A DNA stretch of 64,000 nucleotides from Sphaerodactylus townsendi. Its lineage: Eukaryota. The notes below the pieces were generated by a model that was not told the origin of the DNA, ran no database searches, and saw nothing but the letters and a program-made list of their open reading frames with translations. Shown here in pieces: positions 38,188-49,271 of this stretch. Position 1 is the first letter of the stretch; each line of letters opens with the position of its first letter. The translations under genes were made by a program, and so were the position numbers. Where the stretch lies: assembly GCF_021028975.2 (NCBI RefSeq), contig NC_059440.1, positions 18,042,001-18,106,000 on the forward strand, given 5' to 3'.

Positions 38188-38487
38188 AACTTGGAACATG
38201 ATGCCACAGGAGGTGGTGATGGCCACTAACCTGGATAGCTTTAAAAGGGGCTTGGACAGATTTATGGAGGAGAAGTTGATATATGGCTACCAATCTTGAT
38301 CCTCCTTGATCTGAGATTGCAAATGCCTTAGCAGACCAGGTGCTCGGGAGCAGCAGCAGCAGAAGGCCATTGCTTTCACATCCTGCATGTGAGCTCCCAA
38401 AGGCACCTGGTGGACCACTGCGAGTAGCAGAGTGCTGGACTAGATGGACTCTGGTCTGATCCAGCAGGCTCTTGCTTATGTTCTTAA
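38188..38487 (+). mobile_element. CR1 LINE 3' end
   Basis: End of ORF2 (PQEVVMATNLDSFKRGLDRFMEE), then the 3' UTR and cttatgttctta tail. Confidence 0.9.
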
Positions 38488-38917
38488 TGACAGTAGGGTT
38501 TCCTTTTAATCACTGTTTTATTATATGCTTTGTAAGCTACCTGAGAGAAGGGAAGGCAGGATGGCATAGCTTAATCTTATCAGATCTTGGAAGCTAAGCG
38601 GAGTCAACACATGTACGTGTTCTGATGCAGACCTGCATAGGATTTCTCTTCCAATGACACACAACCTTGATAGATCTAATGAAAGGTGCATTCCTGGGAA
38701 AAATAATTTTATCAAGATCCAAACTGCAGAGAGGAACAAGTTGATTTTTCTTTAATGGATGCAAATTGCCCAGGGAACTCCCTAGAAGAGAATTTATTGC
38801 AGCTAGGTTTGTACATTTAAGCCTGGATATGCCCAGTGTCAACCCACGCAGAGGCAAACAATAGCAAACCACCTCTGAACATCAAATGCCTTGAAAACCC
38901 TACAGGGTCACCTTAAG

Positions 38918-39198
38918 AGCCAGCATGGTATAGTGGTTAAGAGCTGGTGCACTCTAATCTGGAGAACCAGGTTTGATTCCCCACTCTACCACTTGAGCCG
39001 TAGAGGCTTATCTGATGAACCAGATTAGCCTGTGCACTCCAACACATGCCAGCTGGGTGACCTTGGGCTAGTCACATTTCTTCGGAGCTCTCTCAGCCCC
39101 GCCCACCTCACAGGGTTTTTGTTGTGGTTGGGGGGAAGGGAAAGGAGATTGTAAACCCCTCTGAGTCTCCTTAAAGGAGAGAAAGGGGGGATATAAAT
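38918..39198 (+). mobile_element. Squam3-like SINE, subfamily A
   Basis: Full-length copy. Confidence 0.88.
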
Positions 39199-39566
39199 CA
39201 CACAACACACACACTGCCACAGAAGATCTCAAAGGACAATATGCAGGAAATCCATTTTTCAGATCCAATCCAGTCCAATTCCATGAGTGGGTCCATCTCA
39301 CTTTGAAACCATCCCAAGCTGAAACTGCAAGCGACGGTAACCCGTGTGGCATGTGTATATGCTTGAACTCAGATCTGGCCTCCATCTGTAAAACAAGGGT
39401 ATGAGTATATTGGGGGGGGGGTCTGATTTAAAGAGAAAGCTGTTTGGGGTGGGGGGCTCCAGAGAAAGTGACCAACCAGTGGAGCCTTGAGTGCTTCTGG
39501 AACCTCCAGAGTTTAGAGATCGATTCCCCTGGATAAAATGGCACCTTCAGACAGCAAACTCTACAC

Positions 39567-40022
39567 CAGTGGTGGCGAACCTATGGCACGGGTGCCAGAG
39601 GTGGCACTCAGAGCCCTCTCTCTGGGCACGCGCAGAGTCCCCACACACACATCTAGGCTGGCCTGGGCCACTGGGCTTGATTATTAGCATTAAACCTAAA
39701 ACCCACTGATTTTCATGCGAAGAACTAAAGCGCGATCCTTTACCTGGGAGCAGGCTCGGTTGCTGGCAATTGGGCTTGCTTCTGAGTAAACCCTCCTAGG
39801 GTTGTGATCCACCCATTGGAAGAGTTGCACGGTTGTTTCAAAGCAAAGCCACTGACTACCACCAAGCTTACTCCCGAGTAACGCACGCCTCGGAGCCAAC
39901 CGGTTTTTCTAAACTAAAACCTCAGTATTCAGGTTAAATTGCCGTGTTGGCACTTTGCGATAAATGAGTGGGTTTTGGGTTGCAGTTTGGGCACTTGGTC
40001 TCGAAAAGGTTTGCCACCACTG
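39567..40022 (+). mobile_element. hAT (Charlie-like) MITE, 456 bp
   Basis: TIR CAGTGGTGGC(G/A)AACCT with exact 8-bp TSD CTCTACAC. Reverse-oriented relative of 18487-19026. Confidence 0.9.
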
Positions 40023-40601
40023 CTCTACACCATCACACCTCTGCCCCCAATTCCCCCCCACCACAGTCTCCTTCCACAAATTTCCAAGAATTTCCCAATA
40101 CGAATGAGCCCAGGCATTTACATGAGCAGGATATTTGGCAATAGAGGGTGGCAAAGGTGGAGGACTGCAGATCACAGGTAAGAACACACCAGACAAGTGT
40201 GGGCAGAGAGAGAGAGAGCAGGGAAGAGGGATGGGTGGGATAATGTGATTTCCTTGCTGCATAATTTGGTGCAGGATTCCGAGACTGCACGGTGCAGTGT
40301 TCAGAATGCTGGGCTGTGAATCCGACAGACCCAGGTTCTCTGCCAGGGAAACTGCCCGGATGATCTGTGGGCCAGTCGCCCACTCTCAGTCCGACCCACC
40401 TTACAGGGTTGTTGTGAGGATACAAGGGAAGATGTAAGCCTCTTTCAGTCCCGAATATGGAGGAAACTGGGGAGTGCACGAAGTAAAATAAAAAAATAAA
40501 TTAGGATTTTGGGGGTGGGGAGTACAATATTTGCACCCCTGCCTGTTGCCTTCGGCAGAATTTCTGTCCCTCCTAACCAATCCTTGTGCTCTATTCCAGC
40601 C

Positions 40602-41249
40602 ATGGCGGCCCTGGCCCTGCAGTTGGCGGGGCTGGCCCTGTCGGTCTTGGGCTGCCTGGGGGCCATCTTGGCTTGCGCCCTTCCCATGTGGAGGATGACG
40701 GCCTTCATCGGCTCCAACATCATTGTCGCACAGGTCTTCTGGGAGGGCCTGTGGATGAACTGCGTCTACGAGAGCACCGGCCAAATGCAGTGCAAGATCT
40801 ACGACTCCTTGCTGGACCTCCCCTCGGACCTGCAGGCTGCCCGTGCTCTTGTGGTGGTCTCCATCGCGATGGCCTTCCTGGCTCTCCTCGTTGCTATCAC
40901 CAGCGCCGAGTGCACCCGTTGCATCGAGGACCGAAGCGTCAAGGCCAAAGTCTCAGCGGTGGCCGGCACGATCTTTGTCCTGGCTGGGCTGACTCTTCTT
41001 GTTCCCGTGTCTTGGTCAGCCAGCACCATCATCAGCAACTTCTACAACCCGCTGGTGCCTGCGGCCCTGAAACGAGAGCTGGGGGTGGCTCTGTATGTGG
41101 GCTGGGTGGCCAGCGGCCTCTTGATGTTTGGGGGCTTCACCCTCTGCTGCCTCTTCCCTCAAAACAAGGTTGAGAAACCCTTCCAGATGAGATATAGTGC
41201 AGGAAGACGTTCCAACCTGGGCAGCTACGCCCGGAAAGACTATGTGTAA
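40602..41249 (+). CDS. Claudin-3/4-like paralogue, 215 aa
   Basis: Strong Kozak context gccATGg. Claudin signature W30-GLW-C54-C64, NPLVP in ECL2, C-terminal YARKDYV and an intact frame. A splice acceptor lies immediately upstream (AG at 40598-40599). Confidence 0.92.
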   Translation: MAALALQLAGLALSVLGCLGAILACALPMWRMTAFIGSNIIVAQVFWEGLWMNCVYESTGQMQCKIYDSLLDLPSDLQAARALVVVSIAMAFLALLVAITSAECTRCIEDRSVKAKVSAVAGTIFVLAGLTLLVPVSWSASTIISNFYNPLVPAALKRELGVALYVGWVASGLLMFGGFTLCCLFPQNKVEKPFQMRYSAGRRSNLGSYARKDYV

Positions 41250-41384
41250 CTTCCCTCAGAAAGCCTTTCTCCCTCTGTACCTCACAGAGAAAGAAAAAAC
41301 CCTCTCCCTTCTCTGGGACTGACAGGAAAAGGGAGACCGCAGAGGCCTGAGTGATAGTCAACCAGTGTTCCCAATCCTTCCAGA

Positions 41385-42081
41385 TAGGGTTGCCAACTTC
41401 CTGGGTGGCAACTGAAAATCTTCTGGATCACAACTGATCTCTAGGGCCGTTTCCACACAGTCCACATATCCCAGGATGGGCAAGTGAAATATCCCAGTTG
41501 TGCACGTTTTCCACACGTTTTCCACACGGTTCCCGGTGCTAATGCGGGCCTGCCCTGGTGTTGCCCCAAGAAATTCCCCTTAGCCCAGGATTTTCAAAAA
41601 TCACCAACTTGGTGATTCTTTTCAAATATCCCGGGGTGACCCCTCTGCTATGCAAACACCATGGAAGCAGAATCAGTTTATTTTCCCCACCTTGCCGCTC
41701 TTGACCAATCAAGATATTTGCGCATGAGGGGATGCACTTGTGGTGTAAATACGAAAGACCCGAGCTTGTGCGGAACAAACTAGAGTATTACGTCCCGGTC
41801 CTAACTTGGCTCCTGGAAAGAAATGGGCGGCCGTGTGGAGGGAGAAGCTGGGATAAAATAAACCCAGGTTAAAAAAACACAGTGGTACACAGGTATTATT
41901 TTGCCATGCAGAAACGAACTAGGAGATAGAGATCAGTTCACTGGGAGAAAATGGCCGCTTTGAAAGATGGATTCTGTAGCATTATGTCCCATTGAGACTC
42001 CTCCCCTCTGGAAACCCCACCCTCCTCTGGCTCCACCCCCACAATCTCCCGGTATTGCCCCACCCGAAGCTGGCAACCCTA
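41385..42081. mobile_element. hAT-like MITE (TAGGGTTGCCA TIR) with a nested Harbinger MITE
   Basis: TAGGGTTGCCA...TGGCAACCCTA termini. Fragments of the same family occur near 8860, 19318, 21503, 27301, 28627 and 61051. Confidence 0.75.
41445..41919. mobile_element. PIF/Harbinger MITE
   Basis: Degenerate TIR GGCCGTTTCCACA / TGCAGAAACGAAC and 3-bp TSD TAG. It splits the host element. Confidence 0.7.
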
Positions 42082-42449
42082 TCTTCAGATATCCCTCTCA
42101 GAGCTCCAGCTTGGGTGATGCTTGGTGCTGAGGAAACGTCTGGGCCGGCCTGTTCTCATGTGATTTGTGCAAATGTATTGATGCAGTCCGTGGAAAGAGG
42201 TCCTGCTACAAAACGTGTGTTTGTTTTATATTGCTTTCACTTGTATTGCTTCCCCCAGTGAATCCTGGGAACTAGGTTGCCAACAACCTGAAGGAGAAAA
42301 AGGCACGCTCCTGTCTGTTTCCACGCATGAAGGGGCAAGACATTTTTCCCTCCAAGTTGTTGGCACTCCGCAAGGAAACTGAAGTTTTAAGCTTCTTTTA
42401 GACATCCCCAGTCCAGAAATCCCTCGTTCAAGAAATTACCAGCTCTCTG

Positions 42450-42545
42450 AGCTCTCAAAGGCACCTGGTGGGCCACTGCAAGTAGCAGAGTGCTGGACTA
42501 GATGGACTTTGGTCTGATCCAGCAGGCTCGTTCTTATGTTCTTAC
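42450..42545 (+). mobile_element. CR1 LINE extreme 3' end
   Basis: Matches 38390-38487. Confidence 0.85.
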
Positions 42546-43074
42546 CCTCTGATGGGCCATGGCACACGCCAGCAACATTTATGCTAGGTGAAAGGCGGGG
42601 GTATCTTTGCTGTCCAATCCAATCAAATTTTATGGTTACGGTCAATGACCGGCAATTACAAGTAATAAAAACATTAAAAGAAAATTCAGCATTAAAAAAA
42701 AAAGTTTCTAGAACTTCTGGTGCTGCCTGACTTGTGAAAGTTTATTCTCATGCCCTCTGACTGGCAGTGTTAATGGAGTTTATGTCCTAGTGCGCACGCA
42801 CGATTCAGCATTTTAAAATAAACCATTAAAAAGTAGTGCTGTCTGCATGTTTGCCAGTCTTCCGGATTTTTCTGCACACCTCCAGTTATCCTGCTGTCCC
42901 GAGACATCTTGTGAAAGTTTATCCTCGGGCCCTCTGATTGGCAACTGCGCATTCCAGCAACTGTGCATTCCATGCAAAAGGAGCATTTAGTTCAAATGCA
43001 AAGTTCAGCATTTTAAGTCAGTTAATTCTAGAAGATGGCAACAAGTTGCATGCTATAAAAATATAGTCAGTCAT

Positions 43075-43229
43075 GAAGAAGAAGAAGAAGAAGAAGGAGG
43101 AGGAGGAGGAGGAGGAGGAGGAGGAGGAGGTTCACCAGAGAAGCCTGTGCCACTCACATGGAGGAGTGGGGAATCAAACCCGGTTCTCCAGATTAGAATC
43201 TACCTGCTCTTAACCACTACACCATGCTG
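43075..43229 (-). mobile_element. Squam3-like SINE head with a (GAA)n(GGA)n tail and the body deleted
   Basis: Head at 43131-43229 joined to a purine trinucleotide run. Confidence 0.7.
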
Positions 43230-44134
43230 TGATTGTGTTGTCTTAAAGAAGAAGAAATGGATCCGACTAAACTTCTCTAGCTGGAGATTTCCTTGAAAGA
43301 CTAAAAGCAATCTGGGCATAACGTCTGCATTGCACACCAAGTATCTGGCAGAAGAGAGAACCCCTTAGACCTCACACTATAAGGCGTTGGAGGCAAATGT
43401 CTTGGGCCAGTCCCGGCCATCTCATCCCCTTGTCTAGGCTAAATGACAGCGAATTGTATTTTATAACAATTATATAGAGCAGAATGTACCATAAAAAGCC
43501 CAAGGGCTTGTACAGAGCTGTGGAATTCAAAGGCCCTTCCCATCTCGCACTCCTCTTACTGTGTACTCTGCCGGATGGGTGTTTTCTCTTCAGGATCTTG
43601 TAGGTATGCGTCTCCTGCTCTTTAAAATTTTATTTGCCTTTTTCAAAATAGTACCAAACAAATCAACGCTGGCAATAATTAACAGGTTCTTACCACACCC
43701 CGTCCATCCGTTGCCACTTCAGGAACATTCTGTCTTTCCCACCCTCATGTGGTCTCTAATATAAAATTTAGCAAGGTGATAAAAAACATGAAAACATGTA
43801 GAGCTGAAAACACCCCTCTGAATTTCAGGAGACGCCACGTTCCCTCAAGAGGCAGGGAAAACAAGTGAGATTGCAAATAAGCAGTGGCGTAAAGGGCAAT
43901 CTATTCCAGCTGCCCTCACTTCCTTTTAAAAATTGCTTGCTATTTTCAGTCAAATGAATTTGGGTCGCTTTTCTTCCATTATATTTCGTCTTTCTTGGTG
44001 TGGCTAAAACTGTTTCTTCCAAATAGCAATGAAAGGGAGTCTAGGCTGCACTGCAGGCTGGAGGCTCATCGGATGGATGTTGTTCCATACTCTAAAATCG
44101 TCCCCACCCAGAAATCCAACATGCCAAGGGAAAA

Positions 44135-44320
44135 GATGCCCTGACCGGGATGGCCTGATGCCATCAGAAGCTGAGCAGAGCTGGCCTTGCTTAGACCTTG
44201 CATGGGAGACCACCACCAAGGAAGTTCAGAGATGCTCCACAGAGGCAGACATAGCAAACCACCTCTGAACATCTCTACAGGGTTGCCCAAGTCAGCGGGG
44301 ACCTGACGGCACTTTACACA

Positions 44321-44356
<36 letters not shown>
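44135..44356 (+). mobile_element. Decayed 5S rRNA-derived SINE with a (GCAC)n tail
   Basis: 5S-like internal promoter remnants (agaagctgagcag..., atgggagaccacc) followed by gcaaaccacctctgaac. Related pieces occur near 38560-38915 and 33570-33760. Confidence 0.55.
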
Positions 44357-44357
<1 letters not shown>

Positions 44358-45095
44358 GTAAAAAAGTGGTAACAGTCCTACGTAGGTGGATTGAGGCAAT
44401 GATTATGTGAATGTCAGGTGTGGTACAGTCCAGACCCAAAGTGGGCTATTTATTTAACTTACAAATGAAGTTCTTGGCAGGCCTCTGCCCAGCAGGACCT
44501 GTAGCAGGCAGGAGCAAGCAGAGTCAGATCTGAAAGGTTTTGCCAACTGATGCCCATAGTTGGAATCCATGGCCGTGCCTGAGATGAGTGGCCCTTGTTT
44601 TTATTCTTTTGGCATTTTAATGCCCCTCTCTGTTCCTGGTCCAGTTTCTCATTGACCCTTTGCTTTGCTGCTTGGAAGAAAAACAGCTTTTGCCCAAAGG
44701 ACCTTCCATGAAGCGTCAAAGAGAGTCTCTGTTTGTTGTTACACAACACTATCCCATTTTATAGGTGGAATTATGTTCAGCCTCCGGGACTTCACTTTAG
44801 GTCTGTTTACTGGTTATCAAGCTAAGCCATATTGAGGGGCTGCTTCGCATCCAAGCCATTTCTCCCTGCCCACATGCATGCCAATAGAGTCATAAACTCA
44901 TCAGGGAACCAGTTTGGTGACTCCAGATGAGACCGCCCTTGGCCCACAGAACAAAGCCTTTGGCAAGGGCCGTAATATATTTTTTCTTGCTTTTTAAAAA
45001 AGCATCCGCCATACATTCTGGCATCCTTCCCAAGTTTGGCTTTAACATGAGTTTATAAAATCCATTTTCCCAATGCACATTAATTAATGTTATAG

Positions 45096-45389
45096 GTGGT
45101 GTAGTGGTTAAGAGAAGATTGATTCTAATCTGGGGAACTGGGTATGATTCCCCACTCCTCCACCTGAGTGGCAGACGCTTATCTGGTGAACCAGATGTGT
45201 TTCCACACTCCTACATTCCTGCTGGGTGACTTTGGGCTAGTCACAGTTCTCTCAGAACTCTCTCAGCCCCACATACCTCACCAGGTGTCTGTTGTGGGGA
45301 GAGGAAGGGAAAGGAGCTTGTTAGCCACCTTGAGTTTCCTTAAAGGACAGAAAGGTGGGGTATAAATCCTCCTCCTCCTCCTCCTTCCT
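45096..45389 (+). mobile_element. Squam3-like SINE, subfamily B
   Basis: Full-length copy with a (CCT)n tail. Confidence 0.88.
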
Positions 45390-45870
45390 CACAAGGGCTC
45401 AGGGAGGCTTACAAAGGTACCAATACAATGAAAACCAATAAAACCAACAGTGTGCCGACCAACATATTGGAGGGATACATCATCAACATAACCTGGCCCC
45501 TGTCTATGGAACAGTATCCCTGTGGAAATTTGCCAGGCACCAACCCTTTATAGGTTCTGGCATCTGGAGAGGATTTTCCCCTTTACCCAGGTCTTTTGAC
45601 TTTGAACCTTTTGATGCCCCCTCTGGAGGCTGCTGGTTTGGGGTGGGGGAATATTTTTGGGGTTTGGGTGAGTAAAGTTTTGGAAGTGTTTTATGATTGT
45701 TTTTATATGATGTTGAGCTCTCCGATATTGTTTTTACTGTAGTTAACAATAAAAGCGAACAGCTCTGAATTGAATGAAGTATGGATTGATTTGCTTACGG
45801 CTGCTCCTTTGCAGGAGTAGGGTAGAGAAGAGGTACTCTGTGTAAGATTCCAGGTGCATTTTTTTTGCTT

Positions 45871-45876
45871 TTTATT
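45871..45876 (-). terminator. Probable METTL27 polyadenylation signal
   Basis: AATAAA on the minus strand about 140 nt after the stop codon. Confidence 0.5.
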
Positions 45877-46018
45877 ATTACTACAAGTTGCAAAACTGAC
45901 CAAATGGGGAAAAAACAGGCTCTGGAACTACGGCTTTCAGAAATGCCAGCTCATCGCCACCTATCAGTCCAAAACTTCCTTGGGGGTCTCCCAGCAAGTG
46001 GCAGGTGAAGCTGCTCCC

Positions 46019-46248
46019 TCAAAAGCCGACACCCAGAGTCTTCCTGTACAGGTAGATCACCCCAGAAATGTAGTCCGACCCCTCTGTGGCTTCTTGCTCC
46101 GATGTTGCCCTCTCCCACTGGCCGACTTCTTGCACCTTGACCTTTTCCCACAGTCCTCGCTGTTCCAGGTCATCCAGCAGCTGCTGCATTTGGCTCTTGT
46201 ACCGCAAGTTGCTTTGGTTGTCCCGCGTAGTCAAGCACAGAAAGCCCC
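46019..46248 (-). CDS. METTL27: METTL27 coding exon 5 (last)
   Basis: AG acceptor at 46250-46249, phase 1. Encodes GFLCLTTRDNQSNLRYK...WERATSE...YISGVIYLYRK and ends in TGA. Confidence 0.9.
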
Positions 46249-46737
46249 CTGTTTGGCAAGGAAGTCAGAGAACATCACACATTGGCATACAAGAATGTAG
46301 CTGGCAGGAAGAAGAGGTTGGCAAGAGAAACCACAGAGCTGAATCTGGGCCCATTCAGGGAGATATCTGGCCCTCTACATTGTCAAAATTCTCTTTTCCT
46401 CATTTCTTGAACACTGAGCAAGGGCAGCAGGGAGACCCAGACTGCATATCTTTCTGCTTCTCCTCTTGGCCTTTGCTTCTCATTGTCTTTCTGTGGTATT
46501 TACTCACTTGTGGAGACAGAAAGTGAGGGAGACAGAGGTGAATTGGATGCATACCTGTGCTATCCTCCCTCTGGAAGGAAAAGGACTTGGTGGTGGGGGG
46601 GGAGAAATATGGGTTGAAGGGCAGTGGGTCCTTTGTGGGGGCACTGACTCTGCCCTCCACAGGCCAAACTAGTTGTTCATCACCTCAAGAGCTATAGGGA
46701 AGATGGGAGAGAACCCTGACTAACCATGATCATTCCT

Positions 46738-46882
46738 CACTTCTCTCTGTGATACACTTCTAAAGATGCCGACCACAGATGCAGGCGAAACGTTAGGAAC
46801 AAGATCTACCAGACCACGGCCACACAGCCCGGAAAACCCACCACAACCAGTTGAATCCGACCACGAAAGCCTTCGACAATAC
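46738..46882 (+). mobile_element. Penelope-like terminal repeat with a mutated hammerhead (CTAAAGA)
   Basis: Near-identical to 22700-22844. Confidence 0.8.
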
Positions 46883-48088
46883 GTTGCCCTTCTGTATTTC
46901 CCCTGCAGGAGAAAGAATCTACCAAAGGCAAGATCAAGGCCCAGAAGGCCCTCCGGGCAGAGCCAGGTCACAAGGAAGGCAAGGAAGGCTTATCCAAACA
47001 ACTCAGTGCTAACAAAGCCCTTCATCTGCCGAGAAAGGCCCTCAGGGCCGTGGCACCATCTAGTGACCGCAGATACCAATTCCCAGTTGTCTTGCTGGAC
47101 CAGACATAAGTGGGCCGATCGAGGACAGCATCTGGGTTTTTTCCCTGACACCTGGAGCTATTCTATGCCCTGCAGAAAGAAATGGGAATATTTGCTCCAG
47201 AGGTGGAATACCAGCTCCTCCGGGGGCCACAGAAGGCCAGTAAATAAAGGAACCCCCCTCCCTAAATTACAGCCCAGATGCAAACCTGGGCCTCTCCTGC
47301 AGCTGCGGCGGAGCTGCAAGGTGTCAGAAATGGGGACTGTCCAACATCTGGTTTAAAATGCTACAGAAGAATAAAGGAACTTACGAAGCTAGAAAGAGAG
47401 CCTGTGGAACTGGGAGCAGTTAATATGTCCAGCAGGCTTTCTCAGGTCTTGAATCAAGATTGCAGGTGGTCCTTGCATGCCACTATGGGGATTTTTATTA
47501 CCTTAGTGTAGAGTGTCAACTCCAATGTACAGAACTCCCTTTCTGCTGCTCCCAGTTCAGCAATTTGACAGCCCTTCCCGTGGTCTACAAATCAGCCATT
47601 CAATCTGATGACTTCACACCTGAAGGCCACGGCAGTACAAAATAATGGAGACCAAGCCCCGACTGTCAGAGCAACAAACAATACCTGCGCTGCACGCTAC
47701 AAAGATCTTAGCGGCAGCCGAGTTTCCTTGCTGCTTGAACCAAACCCAGAAAGTCAGTCCAACGAATGAATTCCAAAACTGAAAACCAGCTTCCCGCAGC
47801 AACTGTTCTGCAAAGCGGCTCTGATTAAGGACTGTGACACTCAAGGTGAGAGAAAGGAGAAGGCAGGAAAAGGAAATTGTGCCCTGCTTTGATTTCTGTC
47901 CTTAAGGAGCATAGAGTCTTCAGGGTGTGGGGTAGAGCAGCATTACCCTTCTAAGAGCAACAAAAGAGAATGTACCATCTTCAACCACACTAGAATGGGG
48001 CCTCTGTGATCAGAGGCAAAGCACAGGTCTGGCTGTGTCATGCCCTGATGGCATCTTTCTACCGCTGGCCAGTATAGGGAGTCTGTTT

Positions 48089-48364
48089 AGCAGCAGCGGT
48101 GTAGTGGTTAAGAGCAGGTGCACTCTAATCTGAAGAACCGGGTTTGATTCCCTGCTCTGCCACTTGAGCTGTGGAGGCTTATCTGGGGAACGAGATTAGC
48201 CTGTGCACTCCAACACATACCAGAGCTCTTTGGGTTAGTCACAGTTCTTTGGATTTCTCTCAGCCCCACCTACCTCACAGGGTGTTTGTTGGGGGGGGGG
48301 AGGGAACAGAGATTATAAGCCCCTTTGAGTCTCCTTACAGAAGAGAAAGGGGGGATATAAATCC
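48089..48364 (+). mobile_element. Squam3-like SINE, subfamily A
   Basis: Its tail runs into the gap, and (CCT/CTT)n resumes at 48560-48641. Confidence 0.85.
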
Positions 48365-48555
48365 NNNNNNNNNNNNNNNNNNNNNNNNNNNNNNNNNNNN
48401 NNNNNNNNNNNNNNNNNNNNNNNNNNNNNNNNNNNNNNNNNNNNNNNNNNNNNNNNNNNNNNNNNNNNNNNNNNNNNNNNNNNNNNNNNNNNNNNNNNNN
48501 NNNNNNNNNNNNNNNNNNNNNNNNNNNNNNNNNNNNNNNNNNNNNNNNNNNNNNN
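48365..48555. other. Assembly gap
   Basis: Run of N. Confidence 0.99.
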
Positions 48556-48776
48556 TGCACCTCCTCCTCCTCTTCTTCTTCTCCTCCTCTTCTTTTACTC
48601 CTCCTCCTCCTCCTCCTCCTCCTCCTCCTCCTCTTCTTCTTCGACTGGACTGATTTTTGGTCCACCTCAGAGCTGCCAATTGTTCCAACAAATACCTGTC
48701 CTCCCCGGGTCTTCCCCCTCCCCCCCCCACCTCCACAATTGAGCTTATCTTGTCAAAGCCACACCTGGGTCCCTAC

Positions 48777-48869
48777 CTGGTTTGGTGACGCGAAGCAGCT
48801 CTGGGATGACACTGGTGGGCACCTGCCCTTCGCTGAGTGCCCCAACAATTGTAACAGCATCGTAGAAGC
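48777..48869 (-). CDS. METTL27: METTL27 coding exon 4
   Basis: 93 nt with AG/GT borders. Encodes FYDAVTIVGALSEGQVPTSVIPELLRVTKPG. Confidence 0.92.
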
Positions 48870-49001
48870 CTGGGGTGGAAGAAGTGATGCTTAGCTGCAG
48901 GGAAGAAGGGGGGGGGGCAGTGCCAGGAAGCAGCCCCAAAGAGAGAGCTGAGTGCCCCGCCAGCCTGTCCCCCACTTCCAGCTTGTTCCTGGTTGTGTTA
49001 C

Positions 49002-49137
49002 CTGAGGGTGCGGGCAAGGCTTCCTGGTCCAGCCTGCACAGATTCAGCTCCTGATACAGCCCCTTTTGGCGCGCGTGTTCCAACATCCCCCAACTTCCAT
49101 CCAGGCCGTGGAAGCGGCAGAAGCCCTTTGCCTGCAG
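49002..49137 (-). CDS. METTL27: METTL27 coding exon 3
   Basis: 136 nt. Encodes LQAKGFCRFHGLDGSWGMLEHARQKGLYQELNLCRLDQEALPAPS, with a GTAAC donor. Confidence 0.92.
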
Positions 49138-49271
49138 CTGGAAATGTAGTGCGAGTCATGTCATTCTGCTGGCTGCCAGTCAAATGAGACACATTTGGAC
49201 TCACCAGCTGTCACATTCTGGATGGGGCACACTAGATATCTAGGGCTTTTTCAGTGGTGGCCTCTCACCTG

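Noticed and set aside
30251-41173. Long alternative-frame and antisense ORFs over the claudin genes (e.g. 30251-30970, 40586-41173)
   Set aside because: Expected by-product of GC3-rich coding sequence, with no recognisable protein features.
44135-44230. 5S rRNA gene
   Set aside because: Too degenerate, and it continues into a SINE body and tail.
46766-47356. 196-aa ORF
   Set aside because: It begins inside the Penelope repeat and runs antisense through a METTL27 intron, with no protein-like features.
9878-48736. ORFs containing X runs
   Set aside because: Artefacts of translating assembly gaps.
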